A stretch of 64,000 nt of DNA from an uncultured SAR86 cluster bacterium (GTDB lineage Bacteria > Pseudomonadota > Gammaproteobacteria > Magnimaribacterales > AG-339-G14). A program made the position numbers and the translations under genes. The notes under the pieces were generated by a model. It was not told the DNA's origin and searched no databases. It saw only the letters and a list, made by a program, of their open reading frames with translations. Shown here piece by piece: positions 8,676 through 16,928 of this stretch (its first letter is position 1; each line of letters begins with the position of its first letter). The stretch covers positions 66,674 to 130,673 of the forward strand of contig CABZYK010000004.1 in the NCBI GenBank assembly GCA_902529935.1, read 5' to 3'.

Positions 8676-11600
8676 GATAATAAGACCTCATTTTCTTTTT
8701 TTTACCTTTTTTTATTCTTTTTTTTCATCGAATGCCTTAGCCGATTCGGAATGTTTTAATTCCAGCAACATAAACACAGTAGGCCCTGCCGGCACAGTCT
8801 GCGCTGAAATGTTGATTGTTAGTAAAGCTATGTTGTTGGAAGCAGAAGAGGTAGGCAATGGATCTGACTTTTCAATTTCTTTTGATGGCACAGACTATAC
8901 TTTTGGTAATTCGGCTAACAATGTTTTTACAGGACAAATAACAGATTTCAATTATATTTTTAAAGATAAAGCTAACTTTAATGCCGATATTGGTTATTGG
9001 GATTTAAGAAATGCTCTCACTACCCGTTTCATGTTTCAAAGAGCATCATCCTTTAATCAAAACATAAATAGTTGGAATGTAAGCAAAGTAAGAAACATGC
9101 AAGGAATGTTTCATTTTGCTACTTCTTTTAATCAAGATTTAAATTCTTGGGATGTATCAAAAGTTGATAATTTAAGAAGTATTTTTCAATCTGCAAAAGT
9201 ATTTAATGGAAATATATCCTCTTGGAACACATCAAATGTCTGGAATCTTGGATATGCATTTGCTGAAGCAGAAGCCTTTAATTCTGATATTTCAATCTGG
9301 GATACCTCAAAAGTTACTTACTTTGGCAGGACATTTCTAAGAGCTAAAGAATTTAATCAAGACATAGGTAATTGGGATGTTTCAAAAGTAAGAGATTTTA
9401 GAAGAGCTTTCCAAGGGGCAAGCAAATTTAATCAAGACATAGGGAATTGGGATGTTTCATCTGCTACTTTACTTGCAAGAATGTTCAAGCATGCCTCAAC
9501 TTTCAATCAAGATTTAACTTGTTGGAATGTTAAAAATATTTCATCTGAACCCGTTGCTTTTTGGGGCGCTTCTAAACTTAGTCCTGAAAACAGACCATAT
9601 TGGGGCGATGATCCTTGTTCAAAAAATACAACTCTAGATAACTTAACAGTATTAACAGGAATTCTTTCGCCAGAATTTGATAAAGATGAGCTTAGTTATT
9701 CCATTGACTACAATAATAGCCAAGAGGAAGTGACTTTTACTTTTTCTAAAAAACATCCAGGAGCCACTCTAACGGTCAATGATCAGCAGGTTTTGAACAA
9801 TCAATATTCTGATAGTCTAAATGTTGGAATAAATGAATTTAAAATTAAAATAACCTCCGAAGATACCTCTCTTTCAACTGAATATATAATTTCCGTTACT
9901 CGTGAGGCTGGACCCGATATTGTGCCTCCCGAAATAAAAAATCTTGAGGTATCAGAAGACGGTTCTCAAATTATTATTGAGGTAAGTGAGTTGCTTAATG
10001 AGCAGTCAATACCTCCAACTTCAAACTTTAACGTTGTTATTGATAACCTTTCTTATGAAGTTACAAAAACAATCATTCAGGGTATTGAAATCACTTTGTC
10101 AGTATCAAAACCAATAACTAGGGAAGTAATTGAAGCTGATAAAAATGTGGTTTTAACTTATTCAGCTCCTACAGATAATTCATCAATTAAGGATTTATCA
10201 GACAATAAACTTGCTTCCTTCAAAATTAAACAAGTTGATAACAAATCAACAATTGACATCACACCGCCAGAGTTAATTGATACTAAGCCGTCTGATGACA
10301 TGCTTAATGTCTCAACTCAATCAATACTAAATTTGACCTTCTCTGAGAATATTAATCTTTCGTCAGGCGCTATAAAACTCTATAAAGGGAATGATCGCAG
10401 CAACGAACTGATCAAAACTTTTGAGGCAAGCCCGTCATCAGGAATTCCTACAGAAATTAAAGTTTTTGAAAATACTGCCGAAATACACTTATCGGGGTAT
10501 TTAGAGCTTTCTAATCAATATTACTTGCTAATTGATCCGGACGTATTTGTTGATGGCGCTGGAAATAGTTACTCTGGAATAAGCAGAGAAAATCAATTCA
10601 ATTTTTCAACTCCCTCGGTTTTATTACATCAATATGAAGTAGGAGAAGAAGGAACTTCCGGAACAGCAAGCATTTCTGGGATCGCCCAATTTTCTGATGG
10701 ACAGACTGCAGCTGGAGTTATGGTTAATTTATACAATAGCCAAGACGTAATCATAAAAACTTCTATTACTGACGATACTGGAAGTTATTTCTTCGATGAT
10801 CTTTCGGAAGATACATATAAGGTTGAATTTGTTGGGAATTCTGATTCAAAACTCAAAGGACAGGCTGATTCTGGAACCGTAGAAGGGAAATTTGTAACTT
10901 CCATAGAGGTTTCCGAAGGAGAGCAAATCTATGGGATTGACGCGGTCTTAATTGATCCAGCGGGCGTTATTTATGATTCCATCTCTAGACAACCTATCAA
11001 GGGAGCAACTGTGGAGCTTAATTTTAATGGCAATTTAGTTGATAGCTCATGGCTAGACTTAAACCTTGGTGGTCCTAATTCGCAAATCACTGATTCAGAT
11101 GGACAATATAACTTTATTCTCAATTCGAATGCAGAAAGTGGGGTGTATTCAATAAATGTTATTCCAATAGATGGATATAAATTCCCAAGTTTATCAATTC
11201 CTGCTGAATTAGATGCTTACACCCCAAGTTTAGGCGGTGGAATTGAAGAGATTCAGCCTCAAGATGAAGCACCAAAAGGCTCAGATCAGACTACTTATTA
11301 CTTAGATATTAATTTTTCTATCACTAATGAAAGTTCTTCAACCTCAAATGGAATTATCAATAATCATATTCCTTTAGATGAAAGCATACCTCCTCTCATT
11401 TCAGGTCCTGGTTTAGAGGATGGAACAATAAAAATAAACGAGGGGGATACACTAGTAGGAAAATTTTCCTCGAATGAATCAGTGTCATGGATTTTAAGCG
11501 GAGAGGATAAGAACTTGCTGAATCTTGATACTGAATCAGGAGACTTAGTTTTTCAGAATGTTACGGACTTTGAAAATCCCAATGATACTGACCTAAATAA

Positions 11601-12834
11601 TGAATATCTTGTGACAATCACGGCTTCTGATAATTTTGGAAATCAAGCATCCATATCTTTGAAAATAATAGTTGAGGATATTATTGATGATCTGATTTCA
11701 AAAGTAGAGGAAGAATTGAATTCTATTTTAAAAAACGATTTTTCGAGAACCATTGAAACTCAGATGGCGCAATTTTCAAGACAATCCAGAGATTCTATTT
11801 ATAGATTGGGAACTCAGAAAAAGGATCTAGATTGCGGCCCTCAAAGACAGAGCGGTGCCTCATTATTAAATATGGAAGATATTGTTATAGGAGTGATTGA
11901 TGCAGTAAACAGCAATTCCTTTTCAGGAAATTACTCCAACGAAATATTTAATTGTAAAAATTCATCCATGGATATTATCGAAGGCAACTATTCTATTACT
12001 TATGACAAAGATCTTGGCACTCAATTGTTTTTGGGAGGATCTTCTCAAAGAGATTTATTTGTAGCCGAAGATTTTCTCTCGGGAGTCTCTTACGGTGGTT
12101 ATCTACAAAGAACAAATACTGCATCGAGTGGGAAAGGTCATATTAATGGCTTCGGTGGAAATATTGGTTTTTACCAAGCAAGAAAATTTGATCAGTTATA
12201 TTTGAACTATTATGTTTCCGGATCTGCTGGTTATCATCAATATGAAATTTTTGTCGAGGACCCTCTAGAAACAATCAAAACTGAAGGTGCTTATCATTAT
12301 TTTGCTTCTTTTTTTGGTTCCTCTTTATCTGGAAAAGTTGAGAGAGAGACATTTAACTTAAGACCGAGCATTGGTCTAGATATGGCCATTGCAACAGCAA
12401 GCGATGCATCTATTAAGGCAAAACAATTCTCAACTATTGAAAATGGAAAATTAGATTTACCTTTTCATGATGGCTATAGGTGGTATTCAGAGTTTGCTTT
12501 TGATTTTGGCAACATTGCTAACTTATCAGGCTTTTCAAATAATAATCAAAGATTTGAAATTGCTCCAAGATTCTATTGCGATAATAAACTTAATGGTTCA
12601 GGCAATGATTGTGGCTTGGGTGCTTATTTCAAATATTCATTCGAAGATAATCTTGGGAGTAAAATTCATTTTCAGCTTGATTACGAGGAAACTGATACGA
12701 TTAAAAGAAGTAACTTAAAGTTTGGTAGAAAGAATTTGATACTCAATGGTCTGGGATCATCTACTACACAGCTAAACATGGATGAAATGGGAAGATTACA
12801 GTTAGAATATCTTTTGGATATTTATTTGTTTTAG
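8659..12834 (+). CDS. giant modular surface adhesin. Domains in order: signal peptide, 8 DUF285/BspA-type LRR repeats, cadherin-like beta-sandwich, Ig-like (Big_5-type) domains, SdrD-B/CarboxypepD_reg-like domains, cadherin domain, helical linker, C-terminal autotransporter-like beta-barrel
   Basis: The ORF track starts it at TTG 8608, inside the amine oxidase gene. The in-frame GTG at 8659 gives a clean signal peptide, MIKINRIIRPHFLFFTFFYSFFSSNALA/DS. Supporting sequence: repeated FNQDIGNWDVSKV units; LSPEFDKDELSYSIDY (cadherin-like); DFENPNDTDLNNEYLVTITASD (cadherin). The C-terminal roughly 350 aa is rich in alternating aromatic/Gly and ends ...LEYLLDIYLF, a terminal Phe as in outer-membrane barrels. 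Confidence 0.85.
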   Translation: MIKINRIIRPHFLFFTFFYSFFSSNALADSECFNSSNINTVGPAGTVCAEMLIVSKAMLLEAEEVGNGSDFSISFDGTDYTFGNSANNVFTGQITDFNYIFKDKANFNADIGYWDLRNALTTRFMFQRASSFNQNINSWNVSKVRNMQGMFHFATSFNQDLNSWDVSKVDNLRSIFQSAKVFNGNISSWNTSNVWNLGYAFAEAEAFNSDISIWDTSKVTYFGRTFLRAKEFNQDIGNWDVSKVRDFRRAFQGASKFNQDIGNWDVSSATLLARMFKHASTFNQDLTCWNVKNISSEPVAFWGASKLSPENRPYWGDDPCSKNTTLDNLTVLTGILSPEFDKDELSYSIDYNNSQEEVTFTFSKKHPGATLTVNDQQVLNNQYSDSLNVGINEFKIKITSEDTSLSTEYIISVTREAGPDIVPPEIKNLEVSEDGSQIIIEVSELLNEQSIPPTSNFNVVIDNLSYEVTKTIIQGIEITLSVSKPITREVIEADKNVVLTYSAPTDNSSIKDLSDNKLASFKIKQVDNKSTIDITPPELIDTKPSDDMLNVSTQSILNLTFSENINLSSGAIKLYKGNDRSNELIKTFEASPSSGIPTEIKVFENTAEIHLSGYLELSNQYYLLIDPDVFVDGAGNSYSGISRENQFNFSTPSVLLHQYEVGEEGTSGTASISGIAQFSDGQTAAGVMVNLYNSQDVIIKTSITDDTGSYFFDDLSEDTYKVEFVGNSDSKLKGQADSGTVEGKFVTSIEVSEGEQIYGIDAVLIDPAGVIYDSISRQPIKGATVELNFNGNLVDSSWLDLNLGGPNSQITDSDGQYNFILNSNAESGVYSINVIPIDGYKFPSLSIPAELDAYTPSLGGGIEEIQPQDEAPKGSDQTTYYLDINFSITNESSSTSNGIINNHIPLDESIPPLISGPGLEDGTIKINEGDTLVGKFSSNESVSWILSGEDKNLLNLDTESGDLVFQNVTDFENPNDTDLNNEYLVTITASDNFGNQASISLKIIVEDIIDDLISKVEEELNSILKNDFSRTIETQMAQFSRQSRDSIYRLGTQKKDLDCGPQRQSGASLLNMEDIVIGVIDAVNSNSFSGNYSNEIFNCKNSSMDIIEGNYSITYDKDLGTQLFLGGSSQRDLFVAEDFLSGVSYGGYLQRTNTASSGKGHINGFGGNIGFYQARKFDQLYLNYYVSGSAGYHQYEIFVEDPLETIKTEGAYHYFASFFGSSLSGKVERETFNLRPSIGLDMAIATASDASIKAKQFSTIENGKLDLPFHDGYRWYSEFAFDFGNIANLSGFSNNNQRFEIAPRFYCDNKLNGSGNDCGLGAYFKYSFEDNLGSKIHFQLDYEETDTIKRSNLKFGRKNLILNGLGSSTTQLNMDEMGRLQLEYLLDIYLF
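8944..9540 (+). repeat. eight tandem ~75-nt (25-aa) coding repeats of DUF285/BspA-like leucine-rich type inside the adhesin gene
   Basis: Periodic F(N/K)x(A/S)xxFNQDIxxWDVSxVxxxxxxF units, read directly from the translation at aa 113-310 of the 8608-based ORF. Confidence 0.8.
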
Positions 12835-12846
12835 AAGGGAGGAATT

Positions 12847-13635
12847 TTGTTGGATCTAAATTTAGAAGGAAAAAGAGCTGTCGTGACAGGTGCTAGTCTT
12901 GGTATCGGAGAAGCTGTTGTGAAAATGCTAAGCGATCATGGAGCTTCTGTTACATTTTGTGCTAGAAATGAAGATGCTATTGATTCTTTATCAAAATACA
13001 AACCTGAAAATACAAGCTCTTCACTTAAAGGGCTTATTGCCGATATGTCGAATGGGGAATCTACCGAGAATTTTATAGAAGAAACTCTTAAGGATGGGCC
13101 TATTGATATCCTTGTAAACAATGTAGGTGCATCTCCATCCAGGAATTTTTTATATATGTCGGATGAAGATTGGCGGGATTTACATGAGCTTAACTTGCTA
13201 TCTGCTGTAAGGTGCACAAGGTCATTTCTCCCTCACATGAGAGAGCAGAAATGGGGAAGGGTGATAATGATATCAAGCTCAGCTGGAAAATATCCAAGTG
13301 CTGCATTAATAGATTATGGAGCTACTAAATCAGCAATGATTTCTATTAGTAAATCTTTAGCAAAAAAATATGGAAGAGATGGAGTTTTAGTTAATTCAGT
13401 TTTACCTGGTCTTATTCATACTGCAATGTGGGAAAGAGCAGCTGGTGAGATTGCTGAGTCAACTGGAAGTAGTGCTGAGGAAGTCATCAAGAAAAATGGT
13501 TTTTCTGTGCCGATAGGCAGGTACGGAACATCTGAGGAAGTGGCTGCCTTGGTAGTTTTTTTGTGCTCAAATGCAGCCTCTTATATAAACGGATCAGCAA
13601 TTGAAGTGGATGGTGGACAAGCGGGGCATATTTAA
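12847..13635 (+). CDS. short-chain dehydrogenase/reductase (SDR)
   Basis: 262 aa, TTG start preceded by AAGGGAGGA. Contains VTGASLGIGEA, NNVG and YGATKSA. Confidence 0.9.
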   Translation: MLDLNLEGKRAVVTGASLGIGEAVVKMLSDHGASVTFCARNEDAIDSLSKYKPENTSSSLKGLIADMSNGESTENFIEETLKDGPIDILVNNVGASPSRNFLYMSDEDWRDLHELNLLSAVRCTRSFLPHMREQKWGRVIMISSSAGKYPSAALIDYGATKSAMISISKSLAKKYGRDGVLVNSVLPGLIHTAMWERAAGEIAESTGSSAEEVIKKNGFSVPIGRYGTSEEVAALVVFLCSNAASYINGSAIEVDGGQAGHI

Positions 13636-13908
13636 ATGAGTGAACTAAACGATGATCAAAAAAGACTGGCGGATGCTCTTGAAGAGTTAAAAGAACATAA
13701 TTTCATGAAAATACATGAGTCAGCTTGGAAATTTTTGTATTACAACTTGCTAAGGGGTTTGGCCATCGGGCTAGGATCTGTTGTGGGAGCAACTTTATTA
13801 GTAACTATTTTCATACAAATCCTTGCTCAAATAGAATTTATTCCTATTTTAGGTAACTATGCTCACCAGATTATTGAAATAATCGAGAGGCTAGAAAAGA
13901 AAGGTTAA
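13636..13908 (+). CDS. small membrane protein of unknown function (DUF5665-like, tentative)
   Basis: 90 aa. Its ATG directly follows the SDR stop (TAAATG). It has two hydrophobic segments (LLRGLAIGLGSVVGATLLVTIFIQIL). Confidence 0.5.
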   Translation: MSELNDDQKRLADALEELKEHNFMKIHESAWKFLYYNLLRGLAIGLGSVVGATLLVTIFIQILAQIEFIPILGNYAHQIIEIIERLEKKG

Positions 13909-14730
13909 TTACTTTCCTTCAAAAATAGGTTCTTTTTTTTCAACGAATGCTTTGACAGCATTTTTGTGATCATGAGTTTGACCGCAATGAATATGATGAG
14001 TTGCCTCTAAATCTAGACAATCATCTACATCACCGTGCATAGCTCTATTGAGATTTTCTTTCATGTATCTGTATGCAACAGCAGGCCCACAGGCAAGTTT
14101 TTCTGCAATTTCTTTTGTTTTTTGTTCAAGATTCTCAGGCTCAACTACCCAATTAGTTAAGCCTAGCTCAAGAGCTTGATCAGCAGAAATTCTATCTGAT
14201 AGAAAATATAATTCCCTTGCTTTTGCAGATCCAATAAGTTGAGTCATGAAATAGCTTCCCCCGTAATCGCCTGAAAAACCAACTTTCGCAAAAGCTGTTG
14301 TCATAAAAGCTTCAGAGGACATTATTCTTAGGTCGCAAGAGAGAGCATATGATAGTCCTGCTCCGGCTGCAGCTCCAGATAAGGATGCAATAGTCGGCTT
14401 AGGCATCTTAAATAGCTTTCCAGATGTACCTCTCTGATGATCTCGTTGTTTATGGATTGCAGCATCTATGGTGTTATCACCGACAGTTCCATCGCCTCTG
14501 GAAGCCATTCCTTTAACATCTCCTCCTGCGCAAAAGCCTTTACCTGCACCTGTCAAAACAATGCATCTGACTTCGTTATCCAGTTCAAAAGCGGCAATAG
14601 TATCTTGCATGGCTTTGTTCATTTCTTGAGACATTGCATTTCTTGCCTCGGGACGATTCATCACAAGATATCCAACTCCATTTTCTTTTCTTGCTAATAA
14701 ATCTTCTGTTCCAGTATCAATTGTTGTCAT
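13909..14730 (-). CDS. enoyl-CoA hydratase/isomerase family protein
   Basis: 273 aa. Crotonase motifs VLTGAGKGFCAGGDV and GAAAGAGLSYALSCDLRI are present. Confidence 0.9.
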   Translation of the reverse strand: MTTIDTGTEDLLARKENGVGYLVMNRPEARNAMSQEMNKAMQDTIAAFELDNEVRCIVLTGAGKGFCAGGDVKGMASRGDGTVGDNTIDAAIHKQRDHQRGTSGKLFKMPKPTIASLSGAAAGAGLSYALSCDLRIMSSEAFMTTAFAKVGFSGDYGGSYFMTQLIGSAKARELYFLSDRISADQALELGLTNWVVEPENLEQKTKEIAEKLACGPAVAYRYMKENLNRAMHGDVDDCLDLEATHHIHCGQTHDHKNAVKAFVEKKEPIFEGK

Positions 14731-14771
14731 TTATTCCTCACTCCATTTTTATTTGTTATTCTACAAATATT

Positions 14772-15521
14772 ATGAGGATAAGACAGTTAGTTTTTGTAGC
14801 AAAGGAAAGAGATGAATTAGCCCAACAAATTTGCGATCTATTTGAATTAAAAGAAACGTTCAATGATCCTGGAATTATTCATTTTGGGTTAGAAAATGTT
14901 CTCATTCCTTTAAATGACACTTTTATAGAAATCGTTACTCCAGTTCAAGAAAATACAACCGCAGAAAGATTTCTTGATAAAAGAGGAGGGGATGGAGGCT
15001 ATATGGTTATTTTGGATGTAGATGATTTTGAGGCCGAGAAGAAAAGAGTTGAGGATGAAAATATATCTATTGTGTGGAATGCCGATAGAAAAGAAGAGAA
15101 TATTCATGCTAGAGCAATTCATCTTCACCCCAAAGAGACTGGTGGCGCTATTTTATCCTTAGATAAAATGATCCCAGAAGATGCATGGTTATGGGCAGGA
15201 ACAAATTGGAGGAAAGATATTAGTAAATCCCTAGTCGACTGCCTCACCGGCGTTATCCTTCAATCAGATGATCCTGATAATCTATGTTCTAAATGGGAAA
15301 AAGCACTGGGCAAAACAAAATCTTCAAATGAAGTAGCCATCGAACTTAATAGTTCTAAAATATCTTTTTTAAAAAGTACTGATGGTAGAGGCGAAGGAGT
15401 AAACGCTTTTGTTATCAAAACTTCTAATAAAGATGAAGTATTAAAGAGAGCTGACGAAATGAATCTTCTCACTGAAGATGAAATTATGTTGGGTGGAGTA
15501 AAAATGATTCTAGAGGATTGA
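14772..15521 (+). CDS. glyoxalase-like / VOC superfamily protein
   Basis: I start it at ATG 14772 (MRIRQLVFVAKERDEL...). The track's longer ORF from 14634 overlaps the hydratase gene on the opposite strand. The pattern H.GLEN.LIPL.DTFIEIV.P resembles the Glyoxalase-like domain family. Confidence 0.65.
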   Translation: MRIRQLVFVAKERDELAQQICDLFELKETFNDPGIIHFGLENVLIPLNDTFIEIVTPVQENTTAERFLDKRGGDGGYMVILDVDDFEAEKKRVEDENISIVWNADRKEENIHARAIHLHPKETGGAILSLDKMIPEDAWLWAGTNWRKDISKSLVDCLTGVILQSDDPDNLCSKWEKALGKTKSSNEVAIELNSSKISFLKSTDGRGEGVNAFVIKTSNKDEVLKRADEMNLLTEDEIMLGGVKMILED

Positions 15522-15527
15522 GGAAAA

Positions 15528-16925
15528 ATGGAATTAGATTACAGAGATTATTCATTGGTTGAACTTGCAAAAAAAGTTAATTCAAGAGAATTGAGTGCAG
15601 AAGAACTTATAAAAGCTTCCCTTAAAAATATTGAAGATGTGGATAAAGAGATTAATGCTTTTTGTTCTATAAATCCTGAACTATCCATTGAGGAAGCAAA
15701 AAAAGTAGACGAAAGAATTTCTAAAGGAGAGAACTTACCACTTGCAGGTTTAGCCTTAGGGGTAAAAGATTTGGAAGATGCAGAAGGTTACGTTACTGCT
15801 TATGGTTCTGACTTCCATGCTAATGATCAACCAGCAAAAACAGATTCAATTCTTGTAAAAAGGCTTCGTGCTGCAGGAGCAATTGTTGTAGGAAAAACTA
15901 ATACACCTGAATTCGGTTACAAAGGAGTTACCGATAATGTTCCCTTTGGAGCTTCGAAAAATCCTTGGAATAAAGAATTTACCCCCGGAGGGTCGTCTGG
16001 TGGATCATCGGCCGCATTAGCTGCAGGCATGGTGCCAATTACTACTGGATCAGACGGAGGGGGGTCAATTAGAATCCCAGCAGCGTTATGTGGGTTGAGC
16101 GCAATAAAAACTTCGCAAGGTAGAGTTCCTAATGGTGGTCCAACACCTCCTGGTTCTGGCATTTTAACTGTTAAAGGTCCGATGACTAATAAAATAGATG
16201 ATGCAGCCTACTCATTGGATAACTGTATTGGTCCCGAGTCTTCTGATATTTTTTCATTACCTAAACCTAAAGAAAGTTGGTATGAAAATTTAAATGCCGA
16301 TCTTCCAGAAAGGATTATTTGGACTTCTACTTTCGGTTTCGCAGATGTTGATAAAGAAATTAAAGAAAAATGTGAAGAAGCAATTTCCAAAATAGAATCA
16401 GCAGGTTGTAAAGTCATTCGGGATGAAGAAATATGGAAGGAAGATCCCGTTAGTTCTTGGTTAGTTTTCTGGACTGGGGCAAGAGGAAGGGCTCAAGGAC
16501 ATCTCAGAGGAACTCCAGACTGGGAAAGAATCGATGCAGATCTAAGACCACAAATTGAATGGGGCATGGATAATTTTAGTGCTGCAGATTATGCAGCTGC
16601 TTTCGACCAATGTCATTATCTGAGCCTTAAACTTGAGGAAAGATTTCAAAAAGCTCCCCTAATTCTTTCACCAGCTACATGCGGGTTAACACCAAAAATA
16701 TACGAACAAGGAATTGTTAATGGCGAAGAAACACCTGCCTGGGTGGCTTTTACTTACGGAATTAACATGACTAGAAATCCAGCTGGAACCTTTCCAATCG
16801 GTTTAAGTGCTCAAGGTTTACCGATTGGTATACAAGTCATAGGTTCTCAGCAAGATGATTTGGGAGTTCTTCAAGGCATTAAGAATTTTGAAAATATAAT
16901 GAACTTCAATATTAAAGCTTCATAA
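15528..16925 (+). CDS. amidase-signature (AS) family amidase
   Basis: 465 aa. Has the AS signature GGSSGGSSAALAAG...GSDGGGSIRIPAALCG, with the Ser-cisSer-Lys context (GVKD). Confidence 0.9.
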   Translation: MELDYRDYSLVELAKKVNSRELSAEELIKASLKNIEDVDKEINAFCSINPELSIEEAKKVDERISKGENLPLAGLALGVKDLEDAEGYVTAYGSDFHANDQPAKTDSILVKRLRAAGAIVVGKTNTPEFGYKGVTDNVPFGASKNPWNKEFTPGGSSGGSSAALAAGMVPITTGSDGGGSIRIPAALCGLSAIKTSQGRVPNGGPTPPGSGILTVKGPMTNKIDDAAYSLDNCIGPESSDIFSLPKPKESWYENLNADLPERIIWTSTFGFADVDKEIKEKCEEAISKIESAGCKVIRDEEIWKEDPVSSWLVFWTGARGRAQGHLRGTPDWERIDADLRPQIEWGMDNFSAADYAAAFDQCHYLSLKLEERFQKAPLILSPATCGLTPKIYEQGIVNGEETPAWVAFTYGINMTRNPAGTFPIGLSAQGLPIGIQVIGSQQDDLGVLQGIKNFENIMNFNIKAS

Positions 16926-16928
16926 ACA

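Noticed and set aside
14634-14771. 5-prime extension of the VOC-like ORF (tracked as 14634..15521)
   Set aside because: The extension overlaps the start of the crotonase gene on the other strand and encodes a low-complexity hydrophobic string. ATG 14772 begins the conserved glyoxalase-like domain.
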